DNA of 64,000 nucleotides from an uncultured Oscillospiraceae bacterium (GCA_964558655.1 CAZLEX010000003.1:4975-68974); one strand, 5' to 3'; shown: positions 45,910 through 55,482, counted from the stretch's first letter. Notes: generated by a model from the letters alone, not told the origin. Program-made: numbers and translations.

Positions 45910-48900
45910 ATGAGTTTTGAAAAGTATACGAAGTTTTTTGACGGAGAACCCGACGGAAAAACCGTTCGTGTAAAAGGCAGTGCCGAATTTTCTTTTTCCG
46001 CCGTACCGCAGGAAAATACGGCTTACAGGCTTTTCACGGTAGGGGAAAGTGAACAGTATTACATGTATAAGGACGAACCCGACGGGCCTCTCCTTTACCG
46101 TTCGCTTTCCGACAGTTTGAATACCGAACACGCCGTACACGATGCTTTCTGCCTTGATTTCTCCTCACGCAGAAGCGAAGATTTTATAAGGCGTACTTAT
46201 AAGAAAGTCATGTGGCCGCCGGTACTCTCTTATCTTATGATGAATCCCGTTCCGACGCTTTGGAAAACCGGCATCACCGTTTCGGGAGAGAATGTTACGG
46301 TGGAAGATGACGGATTTTTGCAGATGCGTGTGGATATACGGCTGAAAAAAGAAAATGTCAATCCTCACAGTACCGCCGGCAAACCCGATTACAGTATCGT
46401 TATTCCTTTTCCATGCGGTACATATTCTCCCGTCCGTCTTGAAAAAGAAATAGATATCCCGCAAAATACTTCTCATGTCGGAGTTTTTGTCGAAGGTAAA
46501 AAATATACGGGAAAAGTTTGGTGTGAAATGCCGTTTTTGACCGGAGACTCTCAAAATTTGCTCCCGCCGTTTGCTCCGCATGACGAAACCGGTGAGAAGT
46601 TTATGTGGACTTCGCAGTATTTGAGTCGTCGCGAATGGCCGGAATTTCGCGTTAAACTTAACGGCGAGACGGTTTTTTCGGGAGAAGTTTTCGAGCGGTC
46701 TCACCGTCATTCCGAGTGGGAGATTCCTCTGCCGGCACAACTCATAAAAGAAAATAACGCTCTTTCTTACGAACTTATTTCGGATTACCGGGAGCCTTTG
46801 CCTTACACATTTTACGAAATAGGACTTATCGAACAGCCCTCTGCCGATATTTCTCTTATTTCCGTACAGCAGATTTCTCATGCGGGCGGTAAATTACGCG
46901 TGCTGATAAAGACAATGTATGAGAACATGAGGGTTACTCTTTCGGAATGTGACAGTGCTCTTTCGGGAGAAAGTGAGTATTTCTTTGAGGAAAGAGGACT
47001 TCACGGAATTTTGCTTGACTGCCTTTATCCCGCACTGTCTCAGAAGTTTACTTTGAGTACGGAGAGTACGACTGTTTCGGGAGTGGCTGAAAGAATAGCC
47101 GTGAAGAATGAGGACGGAGTGATTACCGGATCCGGAGATATGATTTACATATGTGCCGACGATGACAGCATGGAAGAGTATCTGTCATGGTATGTTTCAA
47201 ACGGCGTGGGGGATCTGGTAACTATTCGTCCCGCTTATCGCTGGTCGGGCACGAGGTGCCTTAACAAGCCTCTATGGAGACGCCTTTGCAAGCTTATGGA
47301 TGAGCTTGACATGAAGTGGGTGATGATTGCCGACGGAAGAGAACTTCAGGGAATTTCCGCACAGCCTTCCGATGAGGATATGGCAGGACGGGGATATCTC
47401 GGCAGACAGGACCACGAATGTGACGGAGCCGAATTTTACTGGGGACAGAAAAAGGCAGATTCATTCTATACTGAACAGTGGCTTGATATGGCACATTTTG
47501 CATGGCAGGAAGACCGTGAGCATGTGCGGGGTGCTTTTTCCGAAAGTGAGTACATTTACAAAGGTAATGATATATATTACCGCTCCGACCGCGACCGTCC
47601 GAAAGACAATGCTCTTTGCCGAAGTGCAGTAGTCGGACATATTGACGCCGCAAAAAGTTCGGGAGCAAAGCGTCATACCGGCCCCGCCTCCGTTTTCAAG
47701 TATATGTACGAAGCGGGTTATACATGGCTCGGAGCCGAAACAATGTATTCCACAATGGAATTGACTTTGGGCTTTTTACGCGGTTTTGCCAAAGATAAAT
47801 CAATGACCTCGTGGGGCGTTCATCACGCTTTGCAGTGGTCCTCAACTCCCAATGACGCACCGGAACATTTCAGAAGATTTAAGCTTGCACTTTATGCTTC
47901 CTATATTCTCGGAGCAACCGATATAAATACCGAAGAGGGATTTTGGCATATTGAAGAGGGATACGAACATTATCACCGTTTTTCTCACGCCTGCAGGGAA
48001 CATCTTGCCTGTCAGCAGGAGTTCTTCCGATATGTTTGCTCACACACGAGAAGCGGAGAGTTTTACACACCTTTTGCGTTGATTTCCGGGCGTGATGACG
48101 GTATTGATATGAGTGCGATAGGTAAAAACTGGGGCATGGAGGGAGAGAAAACGCCTGCCGAAAGAAGCTGGGAACTTGTCAAAGCTCTTTATCCTCAGTC
48201 AAAGCCCGCAACTCTCATGACTTATCATAATTGCCCAACGGACCGTGCAGTCGGTTTTCATACCTCAACTCCCTACGGCTCATGTGACATGATTCCCGCC
48301 GAGAGCAGAACGGAAACCGTGCAGTCTTATCGGTCGCTGATTTTTATGGGATATAACCGAATGACAGACAGCGATGAGCGTAAATTCTTCCGTTGCATGA
48401 AAAACGGAGCGTCTGTGCTCATGACTCGTGCACATCTTACAAAAACATCGGATTTTGCCACGATAAAACAGGGTAATCTCGAATTTGACAACAGCTGTCT
48501 TTCTTTTACCGAAGGCGATCCCGTTTTCGTTTCGGACACCTTTAACGGCAACTCCGTTTTTGTGTGTGACAATCCTTTGCCTGCCGACGAAGTTTTGCTT
48601 TATACCGATTCTCACAGGCCTCTTTTGTGTCGCTACCGCGTCGGAAAAGGCGAGCTTTATCTCTTTTCCGTCAGGGAATATCCCTCTTGCCCGGCTATTT
48701 CCGAATATTATGAGGAGATGATGATTCGCCTTGCGGAAAAGGCGGGAGAAGAGGAAGATGTTTGGGCAAAAACCGGAGAAGATACCGAGTTTGCCGTATA
48801 TGTTCAGCCCGACGGAACCCGTCATGTGTATTTTCTCGCTGTCGATTGGTGGCAGGACAGTGAAAAATTGCGGACTGCGTATTTGAAAATAGGTGATGAC

Positions 48901-49128
48901 GGATACCGTGTACAAATGCCTTTCGGCACCCTTGTGAAGTGCGTTTGCAATGAAAGCTGTGCCGTTTGGACTGCCGACGGTGAGGGCGAAGTTCTCTCTG
49001 TTTCCAAAAAATGCGTTCGGGTGCAGGGGAACGGTACTGTCGTGTTTACTGTCGCACAAAACGGCAGTCAGAAAGATATTGAGGTCGATTTTTCTTCTTC
49101 GCCCGTTAAAGAGTTCGGCTTAAACTAA
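45910..49128 (+). CDS. Large cytoplasmic protein of unknown function (1072 aa)
   Basis: Long clean ORF 12 nt after rqcH. No signal peptide, TM or nucleotide-binding motif, and no family recognised by eye. Confidence 0.7.
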   Translation: MSFEKYTKFFDGEPDGKTVRVKGSAEFSFSAVPQENTAYRLFTVGESEQYYMYKDEPDGPLLYRSLSDSLNTEHAVHDAFCLDFSSRRSEDFIRRTYKKVMWPPVLSYLMMNPVPTLWKTGITVSGENVTVEDDGFLQMRVDIRLKKENVNPHSTAGKPDYSIVIPFPCGTYSPVRLEKEIDIPQNTSHVGVFVEGKKYTGKVWCEMPFLTGDSQNLLPPFAPHDETGEKFMWTSQYLSRREWPEFRVKLNGETVFSGEVFERSHRHSEWEIPLPAQLIKENNALSYELISDYREPLPYTFYEIGLIEQPSADISLISVQQISHAGGKLRVLIKTMYENMRVTLSECDSALSGESEYFFEERGLHGILLDCLYPALSQKFTLSTESTTVSGVAERIAVKNEDGVITGSGDMIYICADDDSMEEYLSWYVSNGVGDLVTIRPAYRWSGTRCLNKPLWRRLCKLMDELDMKWVMIADGRELQGISAQPSDEDMAGRGYLGRQDHECDGAEFYWGQKKADSFYTEQWLDMAHFAWQEDREHVRGAFSESEYIYKGNDIYYRSDRDRPKDNALCRSAVVGHIDAAKSSGAKRHTGPASVFKYMYEAGYTWLGAETMYSTMELTLGFLRGFAKDKSMTSWGVHHALQWSSTPNDAPEHFRRFKLALYASYILGATDINTEEGFWHIEEGYEHYHRFSHACREHLACQQEFFRYVCSHTRSGEFYTPFALISGRDDGIDMSAIGKNWGMEGEKTPAERSWELVKALYPQSKPATLMTYHNCPTDRAVGFHTSTPYGSCDMIPAESRTETVQSYRSLIFMGYNRMTDSDERKFFRCMKNGASVLMTRAHLTKTSDFATIKQGNLEFDNSCLSFTEGDPVFVSDTFNGNSVFVCDNPLPADEVLLYTDSHRPLLCRYRVGKGELYLFSVREYPSCPAISEYYEEMMIRLAEKAGEEEDVWAKTGEDTEFAVYVQPDGTRHVYFLAVDWWQDSEKLRTAYLKIGDDGYRVQMPFGTLVKCVCNESCAVWTADGEGEVLSVSKKCVRVQGNGTVVFTVAQNGSQKDIEVDFSSSPVKEFGLN

Positions 49129-49166
49129 ATTTCGCCTGTACCGAAAAAGTAATGTAAAATATAAAG

Positions 49167-49213
49167 TCCCCCGATTTTTCGACTGCAAGGCCGAAAAAAA
49201 TCGGGGGAGTTTT
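49167..49213 (+). terminator. Strong bidirectional terminator
   Basis: 12-bp stem CCCCCGATTTTT ... AAAAATCGGGGG followed by GTTTTGTTTG. Lies between convergent genes. Confidence 0.65.
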
Positions 49214-49253
49214 GTTTGTGTGATAAGCGCCGTAAAAGTCGTATAATAAAAAC

Positions 49254-49487
49254 TTATTCCTTGACAATCAGGTCGGCGATCGCTTCGATCACCTCGTCCT
49301 CATCGGCACCTTCAGCCGTGAGAGTAATCGGTTGCATAAGGTTAAGGGAGAAAATACCCATTATGGATTTTGCATCTACAACATATCTGCCGCTGGAAAG
49401 GTCAACATCGGAAGTAAAGCGGGAAACGGTATTGATAAAACTCTGTACCTGAGGAATTGTCGAAAGGCGTATTTGTGCTTGTTTCAT
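49254..49487 (-). CDS. HPr-fold protein lacking the His15 phosphorylation site
   Basis: 77 aa. The Ser46 region DAKSIMGIFSL is conserved, but the GIHARPA site reads TIPQVQS. Confidence 0.7.
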   Translation of the reverse strand: MKQAQIRLSTIPQVQSFINTVSRFTSDVDLSSGRYVVDAKSIMGIFSLNLMQPITLTAEGADEDEVIEAIADLIVKE

Positions 49488-49510
49488 AATAATCTCCTTT
49501 ATTCGTAAAA

Positions 49511-50215
49511 TTACGGAAGAAGTCTGCGGGGAACAATGCGGTGTGCCACAAGGCAGGGTTCAAAAGCTTCTGCATATTTTGTTTTGCATTGCATACCGCG
49601 AAATTCCGAGAGAATTCTGCACTCGTTTGTATAGTCGACATGGTCATGCTCACGCAGCCATACTTCCTGACTTTCGTGACACATGAGCATTTCGATTTTC
49701 TTATCGTAAACATCGGTGATATCGACATACTCACTCGGATTGAAACCGACCTCAGACGCCGTACCCATATAATAAATGGGAGCAATCTTGTCTATGGCGG
49801 GGTACTTCGTGACATAGTGAGGACAAGTCGCCATGAACGAAGCGTCAAAAGCGAGATGAGAAGCGGCAACATGGTCGCACATATAATCGTTCGGTTTTTG
49901 AATAAAGATCAGGTCAGGATTGACCTGTCTGAAAATATCGACCATTATGTCTTTTTGCTCACGGCTTTGATAATAGGACTGAAGGTCGCCTATGTCAGCC
50001 GTAATGTAGTTAAAACCGGCAAGTTCACATGAACGGCGAGCCTCGTTTTTTCTCATTTCGGCAAGCTCGTCGGGCATAATAACGGCGTGTCCCATGCTTC
50101 CGTTGTTGACGGTGCATATCCAGACCTCGTCGCCTCTCTGTTTGCATTTTAAAAGAGTTCCGGCACAGTGAAATTCAACATCGTCGGGATGTGCCGCCAC
50201 TGCCAATACTATCAT
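49511..50215 (-). CDS. PIG-L/LmbE-family deacetylase
   Basis: MIVLAVAAHPDDVEF (AHPDD-x-E motif); 234 aa. Confidence 0.8.
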   Translation of the reverse strand: MIVLAVAAHPDDVEFHCAGTLLKCKQRGDEVWICTVNNGSMGHAVIMPDELAEMRKNEARRSCELAGFNYITADIGDLQSYYQSREQKDIMVDIFRQVNPDLIFIQKPNDYMCDHVAASHLAFDASFMATCPHYVTKYPAIDKIAPIYYMGTASEVGFNPSEYVDITDVYDKKIEMLMCHESQEVWLREHDHVDYTNECRILSEFRGMQCKTKYAEAFEPCLVAHRIVPRRLLP

Positions 50216-50304
50216 AAGCGTATCTCCGTGCTTTTAATATAAAATTTATATAATGATTATATAACATAAGGAGGTATTTGTCAACATAATAATGAATAAA
50301 AGCC

Positions 50305-50808
50305 TTATGATTTTTTCAGTCTGTCTTCCATGTAGCCCACAATATTTTCACGCGGTATTTTGAGGACATGGGAGATTTCGTCGAAAAGTATCCTTTCGGC
50401 TTTTTCGGCAATTGCGTCATCGGAGGCACGGGACTTTTTTCCGGCGGCAGCAAGATATGCACGCCTTTCCCAAACGGCCTTTATTACAGCACAAACTTCC
50501 TGTCTGTCACCTGTTTCGAGCATGGCACGGAACTTCTGAGCTCTCAGCTTGTCGTTGTTTTCCCACTCCACGAAAAGAGAGGGGAAAGTGTCAATAAGAG
50601 CGTCGATCTCGCTTTCGGTCATAAGAGGCATTATTTTTCCGCACAGTTCTTCATTTGACAGAGGCACCAAAACCGAAGAGTTTCTGTCATGCAGCGGTCG
50701 CAAAACATAGTATTCTTCGCATTTGCCGGAAAAATTTTCTTTTTTTATATCTTCTATTCGGCAAAGGCCGGATGACCTGTAAAGCACTGTATCACCGATT
50801 TTCCACAC
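50305..50808 (-). CDS. CarD/CdnL-family transcription factor
   Basis: N-terminal Tudor-like IGDTVLYRSSGLCRIEDI...YYVLRP; 167 aa. Confidence 0.75.
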   Translation of the reverse strand: MWKIGDTVLYRSSGLCRIEDIKKENFSGKCEEYYVLRPLHDRNSSVLVPLSNEELCGKIMPLMTESEIDALIDTFPSLFVEWENNDKLRAQKFRAMLETGDRQEVCAVIKAVWERRAYLAAAGKKSRASDDAIAEKAERILFDEISHVLKIPRENIVGYMEDRLKKS

Positions 50809-50927
50809 AGTCTGTATCTCCTTGTCTTAAAAAATTAGGTTTCGCAAGACTTACCGTATGTATTATACCGCAAAACGCAAAAAATTGCATGAGTGATTTT
50901 TAACAAAAATCAAAGACCTTTATGCAC

Positions 50928-51449
50928 TTAAAGTAACCAAACATCAATTTTCGAGTCCCGCTTGGGACGGTTGTAATAATCGCGGGTGGCTTGGACAAGA
51001 CGAAGAAATTCTTCTCTTATTTGCTCGGGAGAGGTAATTTGCACAAAGTCTCCCGCCTCAAGAAGCTTTGAAAAAAGCGTATCGGAATTTACCTGAAAAA
51101 CGGCACGCACTGCGTCGGAATCTTCAATCCCCGTCTTTTTACCGAAAATTTTTTCGACTTTCGCTTCGTTTTCCTTGCGGTATTCCAGCGTTACGACCTC
51201 TTTTTTTGCCGTTGAGGGAATTTTCGCACCGCTTTTTTCCATGTAGTAACCGAGTTTATTGTCGTGACACAGGACGATTTTGTATCCGTTTGAAATAAGC
51301 GTGTTTATGTCACGGCAGACGGATTTACGCTCTGCCGAAAAGCCCTGCTCTTCCAAAGCGGCACATATTTGCGAAGCTGTTACCGGGTGCTTTGCGTCAC
51401 TTTCGGAAAGAATTGACAGCACTTTCAGAAGTTTGACTTTCGATTGCAT
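50928..51449 (-). CDS. Winged-HTH putative transcriptional regulator
   Basis: The N-terminal 60 aa (LKVLSILSESDAKHPVTASQICAALEEQGFSAERKSVCRDINTL) look like an HTH_11/DeoR-type wHTH. The C-terminal domain is unknown. Confidence 0.5.
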   Translation of the reverse strand: MQSKVKLLKVLSILSESDAKHPVTASQICAALEEQGFSAERKSVCRDINTLISNGYKIVLCHDNKLGYYMEKSGAKIPSTAKKEVVTLEYRKENEAKVEKIFGKKTGIEDSDAVRAVFQVNSDTLFSKLLEAGDFVQITSPEQIREEFLRLVQATRDYYNRPKRDSKIDVWLL

Positions 51450-51568
51450 ATTTTTTCCTCCTGCTGTTAAACTGTTGTTAAAATTTGCACTTGTTCTTTT
51501 TATTAATATAATTATACCACACCTGTGACAAAAAGTGTATATGTTTTTTTGATTTTGAGGTGATTTTT

Positions 51569-51745
51569 TTGAAAAAAGTTTTTATCCTGATTGTGACGGC
51601 TCTTCTTCTTTTTGCTTCGTCTGTCCGTTTTCGAGGGGGCGGGGGAGATTTATCCGAGAGTTTGGATACGCTTGTCTCGGCACTGAGTGAAAATTCCGCT
51701 GCCGCCGAAGTCTTTTGCCCGAAAGACGAGACGGTCGGGACATGA
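51569..51745 (+). CDS. Small signal-anchored protein (58-61 aa) coupled to mini site-2 protease
   Basis: TTG at 51569 lies 5 nt after GAGGTGA (the track uses GTG at 51560). Hydrophobic N-terminus KKVFILIVTALLLFASS. Its stop overlaps the next ATG (ATGA). Confidence 0.45.
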   Translation: MKKVFILIVTALLLFASSVRFRGGGGDLSESLDTLVSALSENSAAAEVFCPKDETVGT

Positions 51746-52338
51746 GGGTTAGAATAGAAGCCGATTTTGCACTGACGCTGTTTTTTGTTTTTTTAATGAA
51801 TTCAATACAGTCTCTTCTCCTCTTTTTTACCGCCGCCGCTCTTCACGAAATGGGACACATTTTCTTTCTGTCGGTCTACAAAATAAAAAATACCGAGCTT
51901 GTACTCGGTATAACGGGAGCCGAAATTCACGCCGATATGACTTTTGTGCCGTATAAAAGAGAAGCTTGCGTGTGTTTGGGAGGAGCCGGGTGCAATATTG
52001 TCGTGTGTGTCCTCTGCTTGCTGTTTTTGCATTTCTTTTATTCAAAACAGGTTGTATTTTTCTTTTTTGCCAATCTGTTTTATGCTGCGGCTAATCTTCT
52101 TCCCGTATCGGGACTTGACGGCGGAAGAGCTCTCGAATGTTTATTGCTGTCAAAGTTTGAAATGATTTTCGCACGGAAGATTCTTTTCGTCGTAAGTGGT
52201 GTCAGTGCCGCCGGCGTCTGTGTCGGCTCGTTTTTTGCCTTCCGTCTGTTCGGATTTAATCCGACGCTTCTGGTGCTTGCACTGAGCCTTGTCTTTCAGT
52301 GCATATTTTCAAATCCCTGCTGGCGTAAAGCTTCGTAA
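51742..52338 (+). CDS. Minimal M50 site-2 protease-family membrane protein
   Basis: HEMGH within a TM helix and NLLPVSGLDGGR as the second S2P motif. About 198 aa with no PDZ or CBS domain. Its 3' end overlaps convergent trmL by 43 nt. Confidence 0.65.
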   Translation: MRVRIEADFALTLFFVFLMNSIQSLLLFFTAAALHEMGHIFFLSVYKIKNTELVLGITGAEIHADMTFVPYKREACVCLGGAGCNIVVCVLCLLFLHFFYSKQVVFFFFANLFYAAANLLPVSGLDGGRALECLLLSKFEMIFARKILFVVSGVSAAGVCVGSFFAFRLFGFNPTLLVLALSLVFQCIFSNPCWRKAS

Positions 52339-52769
52339 ACCGCAACCGCTGCGGCGTTGGAAAGGTTAAGACAACGCAGGTCGCTTCTCATGGGTATCCT
52401 CACACATTCTTCACGCCTTTTTTCAATCAAATCGGCGGGAAGTCCGCGAGTTTCCTTGCCGAAAATAAGAAAGACTTTCCCCGTGAGGTCGGCGTCGCAG
52501 TAGTTTCTTTGAGCTTTTGTTGTGAAAAAAAACATCTTTCCGATGTTTTTTTCGAAAAATTCCTCTATGTTATCGTAATAGCGAATGTCAAGCTTGTCCC
52601 AATAGTCAAGCCCCGCACGCTTCAGCTTTGCCGAATCGGGACAGAAACCGAGAGGGCGTATGAGATGAAGTACGGCACCCGTTACCGCACAGGTGCGGGC
52701 AATGTTGCCGGTATTTTGAGGAATTTCCGGTTCGTGAAGAACTATGTTTATTTTGTCGTTTGTTTGCAT
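52296..52769 (-). CDS. trmL: tRNA (cytidine/uridine34-2'-O)-methyltransferase (SpoU/TrmL)
   Basis: Start at MQTNDKINIVLHEPEIPQNTGNIARTC, with C-terminal LNLSNAAAVAVYEALRQ. Confidence 0.85.
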   Translation of the reverse strand: MQTNDKINIVLHEPEIPQNTGNIARTCAVTGAVLHLIRPLGFCPDSAKLKRAGLDYWDKLDIRYYDNIEEFFEKNIGKMFFFTTKAQRNYCDADLTGKVFLIFGKETRGLPADLIEKRREECVRIPMRSDLRCLNLSNAAAVAVYEALRQQGFENMH

Positions 52770-52963
52770 CTTATTTCTCCGTGTAAAAAACTTGCTTATT
52801 TTCAATCAAATGATACCACATAAAGCGGCAATTTGTAAAGTATTTTATAAAAATTCGTGATAAACTTGACAAAACGGGCTTTAGTAAATATAATAGAGAA
52901 AGCACGACCGAAAATTCGTGCGTGATTTTGTGTTATCAGCTGTAACGGAAGAAAGGAAAAATT

Positions 52964-54661
52964 ATGAAAAAAGGTTATCCCGATCACCGATACCGTGTTA
53001 CAACCGACTTTAAACAGCTTGTAAAATCGGCGGCGGAAGAATACGGCGACCGTGTCTATCTTCGCTCAAAAGGCAAAGCTCCCGATGAATTCATCGATGT
53101 GACTTATACCGAGTTTGACGAAATGGTCGATTTTTTGGGTACTTCGTTTTACGCTATGGGACTCGCACGGGAACATATAGCGATAATCGGAAACACTTGC
53201 CCCGAATGGATTGCCTCTTACATTGCCTGCATTGCCGGAGGCGGTGTTGCGGTTCCGCTTGACCGTGAACTGCACAAAGAGGAGATAGGCAAGTTTATAG
53301 AATTGGCACAAGTTCGTGCAGTAGTCTTTTCTCCCTCATTCCGCGAACTTTTTGAACAGCTTTCCGATATACTGCCGGTTTCTTATTTTATAGAAATCGG
53401 AGACGGGGAAGACTTTATAAACGAAAAATTCACGAGTACGGCACGCCTTATCGAGAGCGGCCGCGAACTTATAGACGACGGATATCGCGATTATCTCGAA
53501 TTTGAGCCTATCGTCGCAGACGATGCCGCAATACTCTTTACATCGGGAACTACCGGTACCAGCAAGGGCGTTTTGCTCTCTCAGGCAAATATCGTTTCGG
53601 CAATAAATGCGTCTAACAGTATGCTTTATTTTTCACCCGACGATGTGTTAATGTCCGTTTTGCCAATTCATCATACTTACGAGATGACCTGCGGAATACT
53701 CACCCCGCTTGCGATAGGCGCGACCGTTTGCATAAACGACAGCCTGAAATATCTTGTAAAAAATCTTAAAACTTTTCGTCCTACGGTTCTTATACTCGTT
53801 CCGCAGTTCGTTACCACGATTTACAAGCGTATATGGGACAGTGCCGTAAAAAGCGGTAAAGACAAAAAGCTTAAGAACGGCATAGGCGTAAGCAATGTGT
53901 TGCGTAAACTCAAACTCGATATCACCAAATCGCTTTTTTCGGAGGTTACCTCTACTTTCGGCGGAAGACTGCGTAAAGTCGTTTGCGGCGGTGCGGCTCT
54001 GTCCGAAGAATATGTTAAGGGATTTAACGATCTCGGTATAAATCTGGTGCAGGGATACGGAATTACCGAGTGTGCACCGCTCATTTCGGTTTGTCCGTTT
54101 ACATGGAACAAATACGGGTCGGTAGGTCTGCCCGTACCCGGACTTGAAGTGAGAATTGTCAAGGAAAAATCAAGTGACCGTGACGGTGAAATTGTTGTGA
54201 GAGGCACCAATGTCATGCGTGGATATTACAACGATCCCGTAAAAACGCGTGAGGTACTTACTCCGTCCGGCTGGTTCTCAACGGGAGATATCGGATACAC
54301 CGACGAGGACGGCTTCATATATATTACGGGAAGAAAAAAGAATATCATAATCCTTGACAACGGAAAGAATGTTTTCCCGGAAGAGCTTGAAGAATACATT
54401 TACCGTTCTCCGCTCGTCGCAGAGTGCATTGTTGCGGGGAAGAAGACAGAGGACGGCTCCACCGTCATCTGTGCCCAGATATATCCGGATTTTGAAAAAG
54501 CGAAAGAACAGGGTATCGAGGGAATTGAAAACATTAAAGACACGCTCCGTGACTATGTTCAGAATCTTAACAAGACACTTCCTCTGTTCAAGCAGATAAG
54601 AAGCGTTGAGATAAGAAAGAGCGAGTTTGATAAAACAACAACAAAAAAAATCAAAAGGTAA
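52964..54661 (+). CDS. AMP-forming long-chain acyl-CoA/ACP ligase (ANL superfamily)
   Basis: AILFTSGTTGTSKGV (A3 motif), QGYGITE, TGDIGYTDEDGFIYITGRKK. Confidence 0.85.
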   Translation: MKKGYPDHRYRVTTDFKQLVKSAAEEYGDRVYLRSKGKAPDEFIDVTYTEFDEMVDFLGTSFYAMGLAREHIAIIGNTCPEWIASYIACIAGGGVAVPLDRELHKEEIGKFIELAQVRAVVFSPSFRELFEQLSDILPVSYFIEIGDGEDFINEKFTSTARLIESGRELIDDGYRDYLEFEPIVADDAAILFTSGTTGTSKGVLLSQANIVSAINASNSMLYFSPDDVLMSVLPIHHTYEMTCGILTPLAIGATVCINDSLKYLVKNLKTFRPTVLILVPQFVTTIYKRIWDSAVKSGKDKKLKNGIGVSNVLRKLKLDITKSLFSEVTSTFGGRLRKVVCGGAALSEEYVKGFNDLGINLVQGYGITECAPLISVCPFTWNKYGSVGLPVPGLEVRIVKEKSSDRDGEIVVRGTNVMRGYYNDPVKTREVLTPSGWFSTGDIGYTDEDGFIYITGRKKNIIILDNGKNVFPEELEEYIYRSPLVAECIVAGKKTEDGSTVICAQIYPDFEKAKEQGIEGIENIKDTLRDYVQNLNKTLPLFKQIRSVEIRKSEFDKTTTKKIKR

Positions 54662-54676
54662 TTTAAGGAGTTTTTT

Positions 54677-54901
54677 ATGTTTGAAGAAATCAAAGAGGCA
54701 CTTGAAGAAGAACTTGATGTTCCTGCCGACATTATCACACCCTCATCGGAATTCGTTAACGATTTAAAGCTCAATTCACTTGAACTTGCGGATTTGGTTG
54801 TTATTTGCGAGGAAAGATTTGAAATTGAAATCGATGAAGAAGATGTTCATTCGCTCATCACCGTCGGAGACCTTGTTGAGTACATCGAATCCAAGAGGTG
54901 A
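54677..54901 (+). CDS. Stand-alone acyl carrier protein
   Basis: 74 aa, acidic, with a DLKLNSLELADLV phosphopantetheine-Ser motif. Lies 15 nt after the ligase, preceded by AAGGAG. Confidence 0.75.
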   Translation: MFEEIKEALEEELDVPADIITPSSEFVNDLKLNSLELADLVVICEERFEIEIDEEDVHSLITVGDLVEYIESKR

Positions 54902-54905
54902 GTGT

Positions 54906-55391
54906 ATGGGAAATAAGGTTTCGGCAAGAATCGTAATGGAAAACGGTGCGGTGATAGAGCTTGAACTTTATCCCGACATTGCTCCCGTGACGGTTGAAAA
55001 TTTTAAAAAGCTGGCGTCGGAAGGCTTTTACGACGGTCTTATCTTCCACCGCGTCATTCCCGGATTTATGATACAGGGAGGCTGTCCCGACGGTACGGGT
55101 ATGGGCGGTCCCGGATATCAAATCAAAGGGGAGTTTTCTCAAAACGGTTTCAAAAACGATTTGAAGCATGAAAGAGGCGTAATTTCAATGGCTCGTGCCA
55201 TGCACCCCGATTCTGCGGGAAGTCAGTTCTTTATCATGCACGCCGACGCTCCTCATCTTGACGGAGCATATGCGGCGTTCGGAAAAGTTGTGAACGGAAT
55301 CGAAGAAGTTGACCGAATTGCGTCGGAAGACACCGATTTCAGAGATAAACCTCTAAAAAATCAGGTCATAAAAACAATTGAAATTATTTAA
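54906..55391 (+). CDS. Cyclophilin-type peptidyl-prolyl isomerase
   Basis: FHRVIPGFMIQGGCP and SAGSQFFI. ATG at 54906 follows AGAGGTGA. Confidence 0.9.
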   Translation: MGNKVSARIVMENGAVIELELYPDIAPVTVENFKKLASEGFYDGLIFHRVIPGFMIQGGCPDGTGMGGPGYQIKGEFSQNGFKNDLKHERGVISMARAMHPDSAGSQFFIMHADAPHLDGAYAAFGKVVNGIEEVDRIASEDTDFRDKPLKNQVIKTIEII

Positions 55392-55393
55392 TG

Positions 55394-55425
55394 AAAAGGC
55401 TCCTTGTTTGAGGAGCTTTTTCGCT
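55394..55425 (+). terminator. Intrinsic terminator
   Basis: AAAAGGCTCCT-TGTTTG-AGGAGCTTTTT. Confidence 0.75.
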
Positions 55426-55482
55426 TTTTGAAAATTTTTTGACTTTAGTAAATATTTATACTAAATCAAGGAGTGTAAATTT

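Noticed and set aside
46165-49059. 238-aa (46165-46881) and 259-aa (48280-49059) minus-strand ORFs inside the 1072-aa gene
   Set aside because: They are antisense to one uninterrupted 3.2-kb frame, with basic low-complexity products and no translational signals.
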